DNA of 56,794 nucleotides, the filler included, from Dirinaria sp. TL-2023a (taxonomy: Eukaryota), in NCBI GenBank assembly GCA_051941275.1. It is 4 parts of 4 records of this genome, joined end to end, with 100 filler letters (N's around TTAATTAATTAA, not from the genome) between each part and the next. Parts side by side here need not be neighbours in the genome. Positions count along the whole stretch, not along the records: positions 1 to 14,143 come from JAVEBF010000622.1; positions 14,244 to 28,385 come from JAVEBF010000623.1; 2 more parts are not named here. The stretch is one strand, 5' to 3'. Position numbers and translations under genes: made by a program. Shown here in pieces: positions 1 to 14,350 of this stretch (positions within the stretch are counted from its first letter, which is position 1; the number at the start of each line of letters is the position of its first letter). Below the pieces are notes generated by a model. It was not told where the DNA came from. It saw only the letters and a list, made by a program, of their open reading frames with translations, and made no database searches.

Positions 1-165
1 TCTCCTACCTTTTTTTTTTTTTTTTTTTTTTCGACTTTGCAAAGAAGGGATTAATCTCGATTTAAACTGGAAACTATAACCTGAATACCTTAAAAGCTAA
101 ACCCTGTTTCACGCGAAGTCCGAACTAACTACCTTAAGGTAATTTAACTCAACTGACTAAAATAT

Positions 166-3100
166 TTAATTGGTTTCCATAACCCAAGCGCCCATCCCAT
201 CATCGCTAGCAGCATCAAGATCCACCCCAACCGTAACCCTTTCAAACCCCTTCACAACCAGCACGCTTTCAGCCTGGGATTTATATTCGACTTCACTACT
301 AATCCCTTCTTGCTCCCGCTGCTCACTTCCAGATGGCGGGACACATCTGATCTCGACGCCGGGATACAGCAAATACCCCGTTCGCTGCGGGATCAGCAGG
401 AGAGGGAACGAGATCCCCTCGTCTGCTGCGGAGAAATATCCCTTCCGTCGACCACCGATGAGCCAGGTATCTGTCGGGGCGAGGACTTCGTAGGTGAATT
501 CCTGTGGTGGGCTCGGTGTGGATGATGATGATGATGATGATGATGATGGGGGGGAAAGGTTCCAGGTATGGGTGTTTGCGATGTGGAGTTCGGCTGGGAT
601 CGGGGTTCCGAGGGTGAGATGTGAGAGGGAGGGAGTGGATGGTGAGAGGGTGAGGGATGCGGTGTGGAGTACGTGGAGGACAGGGACTTCTACGGGGATC
701 GTGAGGCTGTGGTGCGTTGGTTTTGGAGATGATGGGAGAGAGATGGCACTGTGAGTCTTGTGCCAGCTATGCAACCATTCCAAGACTGCATCGTGATTCT
801 CAGCGAGAGGAACTCGTAAAGAGGTGTATGGGTAGGCTTGGACTGGTGGGAGAGTGACGGATCGCAGCATGGCTACGGTTTCGTAGTCTTGGGTTGTGAG
901 GATATTGTGGAGAGACGAGAGCAGGACCGGCAGCAGTAGCCGTGATAGATGCGAGAAGGATGATTCGGCAAGAGCGGTGGTAAAAGCAGCGGAGACTGCG
1001 GTCGTGACTTCCTCTTCGATGCAAGTGTAAGAGATCTGAAGAGGTAGCTTGCGCTGCATTCCACCGCCAGACTGGGAAAGATGGCGATTAATCTTCGCTA
1101 AGAGGGATAGTGGCTGACGAGAAAAGATTTCCATATCTGAATCCAGAGGCGGCGATTCGACAGAAAACCCATCAGTGCTTCCCAAGTGACACCCCTGCAG
1201 GCGCAAGGGCATCCCGTTTGCAGTGAAGATGGAAAACTTCGAGAAGAGCGCCCCCTGCTTAAAAATGTCCTGAACATTCACACCTACGACCAGCGAAATC
1301 GATATCCGAGGTACACAGGCGAACGTGAACTCGCCATGCTCCGTGATGTAGGTCGCTTCTAGCCGAACAGCAATCTCTTTGAGGTCGCTTTCCAGGCTGT
1401 AGGGAATCTTCAGTGTGATCACACTATCTGGGTCGACTTTTCCGAAGCGAATGTTGCCTGGCTTGGTTTTGTCACTAATCTCCAGCTCTTCGCCGATCGA
1501 TTGCGTCTCCGCGGTATGCAGTCGAAGACCGGCAGTCGCAGCCCGCACTAGCAACTTACCCTCGCTGATACGATTCCAACCGCTGGACATCCTAACCTCA
1601 ATCGATCTGGATTGCTCGAGATGGATATCTCTGCAGTGATGCGCTTGCAGTTCAAAGCCCTCAGCCTGTGGATAGACATGTATTAAGGTCTCGTCCCCAA
1701 TATCCTGTGACTGCATCATGGTCGGATCATTTGCCTGTATGGGCAAAGTATTGGAGTCCGTTGCAGATGCGTCATATTCAAAAGTAATCTTCCCAGCCAC
1801 GATAGCCACTTTGTCCAGCCTGTACAGACCAGGGCACATCACCTTTGTGTGCACGTCTATCGTGACAAAGCCAGGCCTCATAACCGGTGGTTTTGCATTC
1901 CAGAGCCAAAGATCGATCCGTTGATCACCAACAGTCATCAGCCGAATTCTGACTTCCTTTGGCTGTAAGGTTCCCGGAGCTAGGTGTCTCAGTTGCAGCT
2001 GCATTGAGAATCCGTCCTGGCCACGACGATGAATAAGCTGCGGTCTGAGAAGCATGTCATTAAAGTACCTCTCAATCGGCACCGAAAAGCTTTGTTCCGC
2101 GCTATCCGACACTGCGACTATATCTTCATAAAGGGTCTTGGTATACTCAGACCTCCAGCCTGGCGAAGCTGAAAGGCTACCTTCTGCAGACTCCTCGGAG
2201 CGCAATTGTTGGACTTGCTTAGCAAGGAGCTTCAGAATGACATTCACATATTCTTCCTTGCGATCAAGATGCTTCAAACATCGGGAGTAAGAATCTAGCA
2301 TAGGCAGCTCAAGATCTGTCCATTCGCCCTTCGCATAGAAGGGTGCTAATTGGCGAAAGTACGACGCTGCTCCAGAGAAGTCCTCCAGATAGAAACGGAC
2401 TGCAGCGATGTCGGCTGTCACAGCTTCTGCCGACCTCCTCCTCTCGCCTAACACATACAATGCCAAGATCGATGCTGTCATGTCTTCGTAGACTTGGTAG
2501 AAAGCAGGTTCAGAATCCAGGCATGCGGCCAAAGCTCTGTCATTGATGCCACGTTTATTTGAGAGCCTGCCTTCGCCATCGACCACATGAGCGGGCGACA
2601 CCGCATTTTCATTCAGATTGATATCCTTCATTTCTTCGACTGATGAAGTCTGAGCAGAATACATACCAGGCCAGCCACTTTCCCAACCGCCACACTTCAA
2701 ACCTCGCTCGCTCAGAATGCGGCGATGGAGAAATACAAGATCCGCTCTCTGCGCAGCCAGGTCCTGCGCACCCGTCTGGATTGGACCAGGAGGTAACAGT
2801 CGTACAGCGTCCAAGGAAGTGAGAGAAGGATATTTTTCAGGGCTTGGAGGACGTCTTATTGTATTGGCGGCTAGAGACAACGAACTACTTCTGTCGGGAA
2901 AAGTCTGTCGTTGTGGGAGATTTTTGGCTTTGTCGGGTGACCTGCTACCTTCACCGTCTCGAGACTGAAGTTGCCGCATCAGAGGTTGCAATTGCGTTGA
3001 TAGCGACTGCGTCATCGTTATATCCAGAGTACGACGCACAACTGAGAAGGCCCAGGAAGCGACCAGATTATCCACAATGTCTTCCTGGAGTCTGCGTGGG

Positions 3101-4698
3101 AGAGTCACAGCAGCATCCTGACGCGAACGTTCTTCGATGCCTGCCCATAGGTCGTCACGCATGGTGCTAGAAGCAGAGCTAACGAAATGCACTGCCCGCT
3201 CGCATATTTCGGCAAGCTTTAGAAGATTATCGGCTTCGGCTTCTATGCGTTCTTGGCGAGGGAGCGGGCTGCCGGCTCGGGACGCAGCATCATACTTGTC
3301 AAATATATCTTCCGATCTATTCACATTCGAATAGAGCTGGTTCAAGGATGACGCATTGGCTAATCGCAAAAGCAAGGAGACTTGCCTCGCAAAAATATAG
3401 CATTGGAAGTCGAAAGCGGAGAGCTTATTGGTGAGAATCAATTCACGGAAAGGTTTCCTGTTTGTGTCAAATATCGAATCACCGAGATTTATGACCGGCT
3501 TAGAGGAAGCTATTTCATTACTATCGGATCCGCGGTCCTCGGACGCTCCATTTGACAGAGCGGACTCTTTCTGGGAGGCAGCTTCGTACTCCTGGAGTAG
3601 TTCTTCTGTGTAATTACGAAGAGTATCTGCAGGAGGCGCAGCCGATTGCTCGACGGTTTTTGCTTCGGTGAAAAAGCTCAGGCCAATTGAAAGTTCGTGG
3701 TAGCTAGTCAAGGCGTCCTCAACCAGACCTACGCTTTCAAAACCTTTGGCTAGGCCCTCCTTAAGCACAAAAAAGGTGTTGAAGTTCCATCCAGGTAAGG
3801 TTCTCTGAGATTCTTTCTCCTTAATATCTTCTTCATATTGCCGGACTCGATGGTCGAAAGAGGAAAGTATAAGCGATTTGAGCTTAAAAATCAAGTCACC
3901 CCATCCTGTATCGCCATCCTCTGGGCCTTGGCCAAGGGGTGGACCATCAGACGATTCTTCGTTGGTCTGTATCTGAGCAACACGGTCGACAGCTGATTTG
4001 GAAGTGCCATTGAAATCTGTGCGGATTTTTTCGACCAACTGTGCAGGGCTGCGCTTCGATGATGCTTTGCCGTCGCCTTGAGCGATGTTGTTGGCGTTAC
4101 TCCCAGAGGCGACGACATGAACGATGAGCCATTCGAACGCATCATGGTTCTCTTGGTTGTTCACCTTACTATTCTTCTGCGCTGGAGGTGTGTTTTCCTT
4201 GACCCATTCCCGCAACGGCTTCCTCAACACGTTCTTGTAATTATCAACGTCTTCGCAACGCAGAAGATATATTTTTAGGTAGGGTGTCTGACGAAGCCCA
4301 GGGATCTGATGCCGTCGCTCTTTCTTCGAGGATGGGTCTGTGCCGGATATAGGCCGCTCGGCAGTCCTGCCTAAGTCTGGAGTGTTTCGGCCGCTTCCAT
4401 TTTGCCCGCCGATAGCACCACGCGAAGGTGGAGGAGAAGTGATTCGCAAGCGCCTGTTGTCACCTGGGATCAGGTCTACATGTAACGACTTTATCGAGCG
4501 TAATGGCCTGGTCGAGGAGTTCCAGTGGAGGTTCCTCAGAGGCAAACGCTTGTACAGGTCTTGGGATATCGTATCGAAGACATCTGAAGGATCTGTGTAC
4601 TCGACTGGCGCCGGGTTAGTATTTGGATTGCGCGCTGTAAATGCGGATCACAGCTGACCTGTTACTTTGCTCGAGCTTGAGCTTGTCGACTTTTCCAT
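166..4698 (-). CDS. TRS130: TRAPP II complex subunit Trs130 (TRAPPC10 family), ~1490 aa
   Basis: 1459-aa ORF extended by a first exon MEKSTSSSSSKVT and a GT-AG intron at 4605-4658 (branch ACTAAC), giving VTVEYTDPSDVF. Family motifs LPLRNLHW, RRHQIPGLRQTPYLKIYLLRC, PGWNFNTFFVLKEGLA and C-terminal WLIGGRRKG...LLIPQRTGYLLYP. Confidence 0.92.
521..547. repeat. (GAT)n trinucleotide microsatellite encoding a poly-Ser tract in Trs130
   Basis: gatgatgat... run; SSSSSSSSS in the minus-strand ORF. Confidence 0.9.
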
Positions 4699-5410
4699 CA
4701 CAGTACTGTTCTAGGCTATCCTGGAAGGGTGCCATTATGTGATATGGGAGTCGAGGTATTGAGTCGGCCAAGTGTCGTTGACCATAGGCGCGAGTCGGTC
4801 AATAATGATTGAAAGAGATACCATTCAATGAGTTGCTTGGCCCCTTGTTGAAACTCACGGCAGATCCTCGGGTGAAAATCTTGGCATGTCTACCCATGAT
4901 AAGACTTTTCCCCAAGTCTGGCTGGTCTACGTAACGAGTACTTCAAGCCTAGCATGCATGGATATAGCACAAGGAAATCGACAAGACTATTAACAATTAC
5001 GAATGAGAGCAGTCGCCATCCAGTGAATCCGCAAGACCTCACAATGCTGCATCAGCCCTCCTTGTCATAGATTCAAACCGTTGAAAGAGCGAGAGAGATA
5101 CTAGGTACAGACAAGATAGTCCATGTATCCAACGACACTTACACGCAAGGCCGGCAGGATTGAACGTATGCATCCTGAGCAGTCATCTGCGCAGCTCTTG
5201 AACCATTTTGACCCTAAATTTGAACATTTTGTCCTAAATAATTTTGCTGGCGATGAACGACTGCTAATAGATAATATGCCGAGTGTGAATGTCGTGAACA
5301 ATGTCTTCATAATCTGCATACATCTCAACAATCCAAGGTTCTGACTTGATGGGTCTGCTTCGCTTTTCAAGACGGTGACCCAAGACAGCATTTAAACGCT
5401 TCATTATAAA

Positions 5411-6558
5411 CTAAACAATCTTGTTGGGCTCGACGCTTGTCTGTGGCTTCCCCTCTTCCGGCTTCTCTTCTTCTTCCCAGAATTTTTCCTTGTTATCTTT
5501 CCCCCTAATCAATCCAACAATATCGAACGGGTCAAAAAGGGTGATGAGGAATGGCCGTTTATCATCCCAGCCTGGCCCTACGCGTTCAGTGATGCCATCT
5601 GGCGCCAGGTAGATCTTGTTGTTCTGAGGTAGGTAGTTCATAGGATACTTAACATTGAGCATGACAGAATTGACCAGCATCAATGTGGCATCGAAGACGT
5701 AGAAGAACGCCTCGTGCGTCTCAAGGTAGCCATCGTAGCCTTCCCAGACCGAAACAACTCGGTATATATTTCTCACGAGAATCAGGGCACTGCTGGCGTA
5801 CAGTAGGACGATGATCATCTTCAGTCTCGCATTCATGATTCGAGCTTTGAGCAGCCGTTGGTGAAGGACTACTTCAAGCCCAATGAAGCCCACGAAGGCG
5901 CCGAGCTGTAGTATTATAGATGCTCGGATAAGGTCCCGCCCCATTTTGATCTGGCTCGGAGAATTTGTGGTGTTGGCGCTGTACGATGCGCCGTTCCCGG
6001 TCAAGGCACCGATAACGACGTCAAGGCCAATGAAGGTAGAAAGTACACGCCCCGGGTGGATTGGTGTAAGGTATGGGACATAGTACAAAGTACGTGCCAG
6101 GACGATGTAATTCATAAGGGAATAAACGGGTCTGCGAGTGTCAGCTCGAGGCTTGGGACCGCTGGGAGGAAGTAACGCATCACTCACGGCGCAACGAGCA
6201 GGAACACATTAGCGGCAATGAATATATCCAAATTGTGGTCCTGGTATATCGACGCAGTATGCAAGGCGAAGCCAGCAACGAAGAGTAGCGCAGCCCATGG
6301 TAAGGCGAAAGTAATTCGCCAGGCCTTGAATTTGCTGCGTGTGTTGCTAATCAGTGACTATTCTGCTAATTGGAATATACAGACTACTGACATGTATTGG
6401 TATATGTGCACTAGCAGGGTAGCAGCAAAAAAGACACCGAATGCTATCGCTGCTCCCACATTCGGGTTGTAGAAGGTATATACTGGATGTTGTTAGTGGC
6501 CGACCTCGATATTTTGAATGCATTCGAAGTTACATGAAAAATCCGTATGAAGTCCCAT
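5411..6558 (-). CDS. RTA1-like (Rsb1/Rta1) multi-pass membrane protein, multi-exon
   Basis: ATG at 6558 (MGLHTDFS), short GT-AG introns, FYNPNVGAAIAFGVFF, APVYSLMNYIVLARTLYYVPYLTPIHPGRVLSTF, and RNIYRVV...HEAFFYVFDATLM, typical of RTA1 proteins. Confidence 0.88.
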
Positions 6559-7819
6559 TGTGAGTTGTAGAAATTGGTTAGGACTTAGCTGTAGAAATGC
6601 GAGATGAGATATAAGGTTGAATGGTTGAAGATTAGAAGATAGATGGCTGTAGGATAAGAGAAGGCAGCGTTCAGCGATTCAGCCTCGCAAAGCCGTACAG
6701 GAGAGATCCTGAAACCTTTTATCTTTTCCTGCTCCAGTGCATAAGAATGGAACAGACGGCCGACATTCGGTGTCCAAACACAGCATTGGTGGGTAGTATT
6801 TCTCCAGTCACGAGCGGCCAACCCGCTTCGCGCGACGCGCAATAGATGAGGCATATTTCATTCTTCTTCGACGCTCTTGCCAAGAGTGGAATGCGTCGCT
6901 TAGCAGTCTCAGCCTCGTGAGAATCGAATAAGAGTCAAGTCATAGCGGCAAAGAAAAGTGGGGCTTAGGGCTGCCAAGTCATCCCGTCAACCAGGTCGGC
7001 CGAATATTAAAGCACTTTAGCTTGACCTTACCTAAGGTACCCCATTACTACCTGTACCTTAAAACCACTCGTCCCTGGTACTTGCTTGGCCGTATCGGAG
7101 GGAACATCCGTCGATGGTACGACCCATGTAAACACCTTCATGGAGACTCATAGCAAACCTAGCTAATTTGAAGCTGCGAATGCTAATAATCTCACGTCAA
7201 TTGATTGAGTGAGCAAATAATGGCTGCTAGACAGGGAGAGTATTCCATTGGAGGATAAGATACCCAGTTAGGTACCTGGGCTTGGCCTGGAAGCGGTCGA
7301 CGAGCCACCAGAAATTGAGCCATAAAGTAAAGTAGCCGAATTGCAACGGGTCGCGGCTCAGACATCAGCTATCATTGCTTGGCTGATCATCGATTGGCCG
7401 AGATAAGCGAGACCAATGATCTTCGGCTGGGATTATTTGGGTAGTATCAGTATTGCCGGTGGTCGCTTCGCTGTTACTTTAAGCTCCTCGAAGAATTGCT
7501 AGGATTCAGCCTTACCTGGTGGACAGAAACATTAATGCTAAGGTATTCTCGACTTCATCAGCAAGCTGAATAACTCTTGGAACAATTTCTGCCTTTTCCT
7601 CAGTGCTGCAGCTCGATGGCACACAGCCAATGCCCAGTCGTAAATAGCTTAGTCTAAATCAGCGATTGAGAGATGCACTTGACGAGAAGCAACTGCCAAA
7701 GCAGAGTTTGATCATTATTGAATCACTATCAAGCATTGTCTGTTTCAGAGTTGTATTTTCGAGGCGACATTGTCCTATAGTCAAGATTGATAAAAACTCA
7801 ACAACGCAGAGCAGCACGC

Positions 7820-8833
7820 TCACGCCGGCCTTTGGTAGCCATCCACATCAGTACTATTGGAGATCTTCTCATATTTCGGGTAAGTCTCGGAGTACAGCTT
7901 GATCTTCTCATTGATAGCCTATATGTTGTCAGCAGGCATTGTCCCCCATTGCGCCGGCTCTATGGGTGAGTGCATACCTTGTACGCATCTGATCCAATAA
8001 CCACTCTGAGTGGGGGATCCTCCATGATGGCCAATTCGTACATTGCCTTTCCACCCTTCTTGGGGTCCCCTGCTTGGCTGCCATTTCGGTCGCCCATTGC
8101 TTTCTTTGCATCGATATGATCGTACGCCGGATGGCGTTCGTCGGCGAATACCATCGACCGGCCAGCCCAGTCAGTGCTAAAACAAAACAATCAGCTATCA
8201 AAGAAAGCATGTAGAGAACAATGACAGACCGAAAACCACCGGGCTCAACACATTGAAGTTTAATGCCCCATTCGGGTTTCACCTCTTTGGATACGGCTTC
8301 CGTGAATCCTTCGACAGCCCACTTACTCGCGCAATAGCTGCTAAACATAGGGACACTGTGAAGTGTTAATGATGAACTCCTTTGACTCGTAGGGTTGCTG
8401 GAACTCACCCTCTCTGCCCACCAATACTGGTGACCTGCTGGATCAAACCTCCACTCGGCTTCTGCTCCCTCATCACCTCCAACGCTTTCTTGGTCACAGC
8501 GATGAGTCCGAAAAAGTTCACCTCCATCTGCGTCCTGATTTGCTCCATCTTCAACTCCTCAAAAACACCTGAGAGACCATAGCCGGCATTGTTGACAACC
8601 ACATCCACTCTTCCGAATTTGTCGACGATAGTTTTAAAGACGTTGTCGATGTCAGAGTCATTAGTCACATCAAGTTTGAGAGCGAGGTAGTTCTTGGGAG
8701 AAGTGTTCGTGAAGGAGAGAGATGACGGGTTGCGGGCAGTCGCAACAGCGATGTCGCCCCTATCAATAACTTCTTGGACAAGATGATAGCCGAAGCCTGT
8801 AGAAGTGCCGGTGATGAGGAATACTCGAGGCAT
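7820..8833 (-). CDS. Short-chain dehydrogenase/reductase (classical SDR), 4 exons
   Basis: TGTSTGFG Rossmann motif, VVVNNAGYG, catalytic YCASK, VEPGGFRTDW. The spliced model ends ...STDVDGYQRPA* at 7820. Confidence 0.92.
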
Positions 8834-9469
8834 GATGATGATACAGTTATTGTTATCGCAGCAAAACTTAGATGAAAGAATTTGTGAATAGTTGGAGTTG
8901 GGAAGAAGTCTGAGGGGATGTCTCTATCTTAAATAGTACGACCATCAGAGTTTCCACCATCACGAACCCGCTGGCGCCGTCCTGATACAATGCCGGGGAT
9001 AGAGTAATTCCGCTGTTTATCAGCGAAGCCACACGACATGTAGGAAGATTGTGACGGATGTAAGAGAAATCTGCATTGTCTCCGCGAATATCTCGACCGA
9101 GATATCCGGTGATTTGGTCCCGACTATTTCTGCCGACAAATCGCTGATGTAATCGATGTAAGGCCTCCAGCTCAGCCCTGTCTGGAAAGCCGGGCCGCGC
9201 AGATACAGTATTAATAAGCGGACTTGGCGAGAAAGACAGTCCCATTTCGCCAAAAGCGATATCTGCATACTGTACAATTGGGCAATGCTGCATCAAAAGA
9301 AATCAGTGATCAAAGTCCTCAATACCTTATCCTACCAGCAACGGACTTACCTGAACCTAATCGAGACTAGGTTTACCAAGCATACCGTTCTTTCTACGCC
9401 TTCTCAGCCAATACATGCCTTTGACATGGCATTAGGAATCCGTTATCTGCATGTCGAGAGTTATGTGCC

Positions 9470-10447
9470 TCATGCTGGCTTCTTCCCCACAGTGACAGTG
9501 AAGACTTCCCATTTCCCCTCCTCCGCCCTCATGTCCTTCTTCATCTCACCCCGCAGCCTTCCTATCGCCTCATCGTCATAACCCATGCCCTCCAGCATCC
9601 GCGGCAACATATGCCAATACAGCCCCCACCGATCATCAGTGAGATGCTCCGCCAACCGTCTCTCCTCCTCCTTGATGCCTTCTCTCCAAAGTGGAACCTT
9701 ATACTCCCATTTCTCGATATCCACGAACCCCACCTCACGCATATACCCCTCGATATTATGGCCGCAATCTAAATCCAGACCTTTCCTTAGCCCACCCGCG
9801 CGGATAGCACGCAGCCACTCCCAATCGTCTCGCGGCTGGCCTCTCTCGGCATTTGCGTAGAAAACATCTTCGACAAAGTCTCCAAAATCCGCCCAGCCGT
9901 TCGGTTTCAGCATGGCATACATTGTGCGCACGTACCCGGGCCAGTCTGTCATGCCGCAGAGGAGCAAGCGGCTATAGACAAGGTCCATGGTGCCATATCC
10001 GAGGCGTGGGTCTGCGCCGGCAAGGGTACGGAAGTTCCCTTGGATGAAGGAGAGGTTGTTTGACGAGGAGTCCGAGGGATCGGTAGGGACAGGACAGAGG
10101 TCGATTCCCTGCACGGAGGTGGCTGTGGGGAAGCGGGCGGCTAGGTAGCGCGTTACAACGCCCGTGCCACAGCCAACTTCGAGGACGTTGCGAGGAGCAG
10201 TGACAGGAGCGTGCACAATACGGCCTTTAACAAGGGAGACCAAGGCTTCGTGCTGGTCGAGGAGGCGGACGTGTTCTGCAGCGCTGGATAGATGGACCGC
10301 TGTCATCAGCTTCTACTCATATCAATTGACATAAAAGTCCAAGAGCTTCGACGAAGAGAGAGCGGCTTACTCGTTCGGAAGCACATATGCCGCTTCAGTA
10401 TTATGGAACGTGGGCTTTCGAGCGATGATGTCTTCGGGTAGGGCCAT
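9470..10447 (-). CDS. SAM-dependent methyltransferase, LaeA-like/Methyltransf_23 type
   Basis: Exon 1 MALPEDII...AAYVLPN plus intron 10284-10370 gives YVLPNDAAEHVRLLDQH. SAM motif VLEVGCGTG; DLVYSRLLLCGMTDWPGY...LKPNGW. Confidence 0.88.
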
Positions 10448-11374
10448 GAGGAGAGCAACAGCTTGAAAGAAGCTTTGATATGCTGATGGGCAAGCTCCAA
10501 AGCTTGCTATTTACCCGAGCAGGAAAAAGAGAACATCCGCACAGTCCGTGCCGTAAGAAGGACCTCATACACTCCCCAAGCAAGTTATTAATCGTATCAA
10601 TGGGGAAATCCCGCAGGCTGATGTGTGCTTGCATAATCACTGGTTGACGATTGTGGTGGGAAGGCATATTTGTTCACGTGTGTAATATACCAGGAAGAAG
10701 GATCTAGTAGCAATATTTCTGAGACCATCGAAGAGCATTACAAGAGGGCTGGGTGTAGGTAGAGGTAAGGTAAGAGCTCCGGGCCCTTGATGAACCCTAG
10801 CGTGTTTCCCTTTTCAAACAGGGTATTTGTTCCTCTCTTACAGGATCAATAATGCATACGCCACTAGATAATGAAATTTGTGTGGCCGAACCAATCGTAA
10901 TCAATTCAAATTGTAGCTCTACCACTAAGAAGTATGAGGATCCAAATCCTAGAGCAACCTTTCTTCCCTCACGTTGTTTATCATTGGACCACGCGCATCA
11001 TGATTGATAATACTACGGTGCATCATGCAGAGTCAACGCCAGATGGACGGCGCTTTCGCCTGCAATGACGCATCTCTGCATCTATCCTGGTCGGTGATAC
11101 TATCCTCCATGTCTGCAACTGTCTCTGTTGATACAGGAGGATGAATGACGATGTATGGATCCTTTCGCAGTTGGCTGAGGAAGCCAATTAGCATGGTCAC
11201 GTGCTGCAGATGGAGAGCTACGGCTGAGTTTCTTCATGTCTTTTACAGTTGAATTGGCTTTTTCTCGCACATATCTATGTTATCTTCGTTTGGAGAAAAT
11301 TCTGCAAGTATCATTGGGTGTTCAATACACATTTCCATAATTCTTTGCCTTGAAGATCCTAAAATTCGGACGAG

Positions 11375-13651
11375 ATGGATGTTGAGCAAAACGACGGCAA
11401 CCCTTCGACTGACATAAAGCCCGATCGTGAGGAAGCCTCGGGTTTGCGGGATCAGGTATCAGGTCTCTTTATTCGTCGAGAGTTTGTCAAAGACGAGGCA
11501 ATTCTTTCTCGCTTTGGTAAGCGACAGAGATTGCGAGTAAGTGGCTACCGTCTTGCTCGTCATTGGCCTCGCTTAGATAATGCTCCTTACTCGTGGTCAT
11601 ACTAATGTGCGATATCAACAGAGAGGCTTTGGGCTCGTCTCCACTATTGCATTGACAAGTACACTGATGATAACCTGGGAAGTGATCACAGCGTTAGTGA
11701 TCCTGAACTGCCAATTCGTTAGACCGCGAAGGAACGCTGAATATTCAGGGCGATATAGAACTTTATTGAACGGATTACAGAATGGAGGCCCTGCAGGTTT
11801 GATATATGGCTACTTGTTCGTGTGGTGCGGTGCCTCACTGCAAGCACTTGTCATGGCCGAAATGGGCTCACTGTACGTTTTCACTTTCGTGCATCGTTTC
11901 TGTCCTGCCTCATATGGATTGAAAGTCGAACGTTTGCATCGAGAGATGCTATGCGCTTGGTTGGGAGGAGCAAACTGTTGCTTTGAAGTGCTACTCATAG
12001 GCTATTGCGCCTCGCCAAGATGCCAGAGATTGAGCCATTCGTCAAGTGTCCTTTACATAACCTGGCTGACCGCTCATCAGGATCCCACTTGCAGGCGGTC
12101 CTTTCAACTGGGTATCTATACTTGCTCCACCATGGTGCCGGAATTTCCTCAGCTACATGGCTGGCTGGTTGACAGTGATAACCTGGCAGTCGTTCCTCGT
12201 TGCTACTACGTATGTATCGGGAACGCTCGTGCAGGGACTTTTGATCTTGAATTATCCGGACTATGGTTATCAACGTTGGCATGGTACGCTTCTAGTCTAT
12301 GCTGTCCTGGCCTTTGCGCTCTTCATAAACACGTATATGGGTCGACTTCTTCCGAAAATCGAATCTTTGATACTCCTTTTCCACATTCTGGGCTTCGTAG
12401 GTCTCTTGATTCCGTTGGTTTACCTTAGTCCACATCAGCCGGCCAAAGAAGTATTCACTCACTTTCTGAATCTTGGTGGTTGGAGCACCACCGGACTATC
12501 GTTTTTTGTGGGACTGATTACTGCTTCGGGATCATTCGCAGGTAAGGTCTAATTTGAAATACTGCTTGGTCTCTATTGATCAGAAATAACAGGATTGGAT
12601 GCCGCGGATCATATTGGTAAGGTATTGCTTTGACTGAGAGAGACAACTCTAATAATGGAGCAGCGGAAGAGATCCAAAACGCGCCCACGGTCATACCTCT
12701 GAGTATGGGCGTTTCCACCCTGTTCAACGGTACTCTTGGTTTTGCTATGTTGCTAGCTCTGCTTTTCTGCATGCCAAGTGATATCGAAAGCGTCCTGGGA
12801 TCCGATACCTTTTACCCTTTCATGAACATCTATGCATATGCTGTAGGCTCAAATGCCGGGGCTACAGCCATGGTCAGTTACCCCAATCCTCATCAGAAAG
12901 ATATAATTCAATGCCAATCCGGCGCTCTGCTTCAATTTTGGATCCATTTCATGTGCCGATACTTGTGGCTCGAATAATAATTCATAGGAATGATACAATA
13001 GCTGATGGCTGTATGATATCAGATCTCCATGGTCACTGCCGCCCAAATATTCGCTTGTGTGGGAATCCTAGCTACAACCTCGCGGATGCTATGGGCATTT
13101 GCCCGAGAAGGCGGTGTTCCATTCGCTGATACCGTGGCCAAAGTAAGTCGCGTCTTCCAACCTCTGCCCAAACCACCCCCAAAGGCGAGCATGCAAACCT
13201 CACCACCCAGATCCACGAACCCACCTCCCTCCCCCTCGTCTCCATCGGCATTTCAGTCCTTGTCAACCTCCTTCTAGCCCTCATAAACATCGGATCCTCA
13301 GTCGGTTTCGACGCCTTCATCTCCCTCATCGTGGCGGGGTACTACTCCTCTTTCCTGCTCGCCGCGTGCGTCATGCTCCACAAACGTCTCACCACACCCT
13401 ACGGCGAAATCCCATGGGGACCCTTCCGAATGGGACGCCGCGTCGGCCCCATCATCACCGTTCTCGCGATTGCGTACTCGGTTCTAGTCGGGTTTTTCTC
13501 CATGTGGCCGACCACTGCGAGGCCGGATGCTGTGAGTATGAATTACTGCGTGGTCGTTTTCGGGGGCACAATGCTTTTCAGCTTGGTGTTTTGGGCGTTG
13601 TACGGCAGGAGGTATTATAAAGGCCCGGTTATAGAGATTGCGGGGTCTTAG
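11375..13651 (+). CDS. APC-superfamily amino acid/choline/GABA permease (ACT family), many introns
   Basis: Exon pieces ILSRFGKRQRL, NGGPAGLIYGY, MAEMGS, PTCRR/AGGPFNW region, YQRWHGTLL, EEIQNAPTVIP, SRMLWAFAREGGVPF, WGPFRMG, MNYCVVVFGG, YKGPVIE*. Exact exon boundaries are approximate. Confidence 0.9.
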
Positions 13652-14143
13652 CGTTTGGGCAGGAAGGTTGCTTGTGTGTATGCAGAAGAAAATTTGCATC
13701 AAACCTTAGAAAAAACGTAGCAATTTGGATTGAAACAACCATGTAAGGATCTATCGCCAGGTAAAAACTGGAACAGCAGCGAAAAAAAAAAGAGGCCAAC
13801 CAAATCACCTTCTACAATCAATACACACAAAAATCCCAGATTAACAGACATACCACCGTATCATATGCATGAATAGTCGACATTCACAATCCTTATTCCT
13901 ATCCCTATTTCTACTCAATCCTCACCTCCTGAATCCAAGCCAACCCAACCAACCCCACTCAATACCCTGCCCCCCATTTTTCTAGCTCTAGCTCTAGCTG
14001 TGATTTAGAAGGGTCTTTTGTTTCCTACAGCCAGAGGCGAGGTGTACATACTACTCCTTCCTTCCTTTCTGTCTGCATGAGATTACAAGAATACGGGTTG
14101 ATGGATTGATGGAACGGAGATGGGTCGTTGGTGGGGGTATATG

Positions 14144-14243
14144 NNNNNNNNNNNNNNNNNNNNNNNNNNNNNNNNNNNNNNNNNNNNTTAATTAATTAAN
14201 NNNNNNNNNNNNNNNNNNNNNNNNNNNNNNNNNNNNNNNNNNN
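14144..14243. other. Artificial contig spacer (44 N + TTAATTAATTAA + 44 N)
   Basis: Identical 100-nt design at three places. The 12-mer has stops in all six frames. Confidence 0.97.
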
Positions 14244-14350
14244 GTTTGGTAGAGGTTGATTTTCTTTTTCTTTTTGAGGGTTTCTTTTTTGTCTTTTAGG
14301 GGGAGGGAAGAAAATCAGTAATGAATGGCTTTTTGATTGATGGAAAATAG

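Noticed and set aside
14188..14199. TTAATTAATTAA as a biological palindrome or target site
   Set aside because: Centred in N runs three times; it is a synthetic six-frame stop linker.
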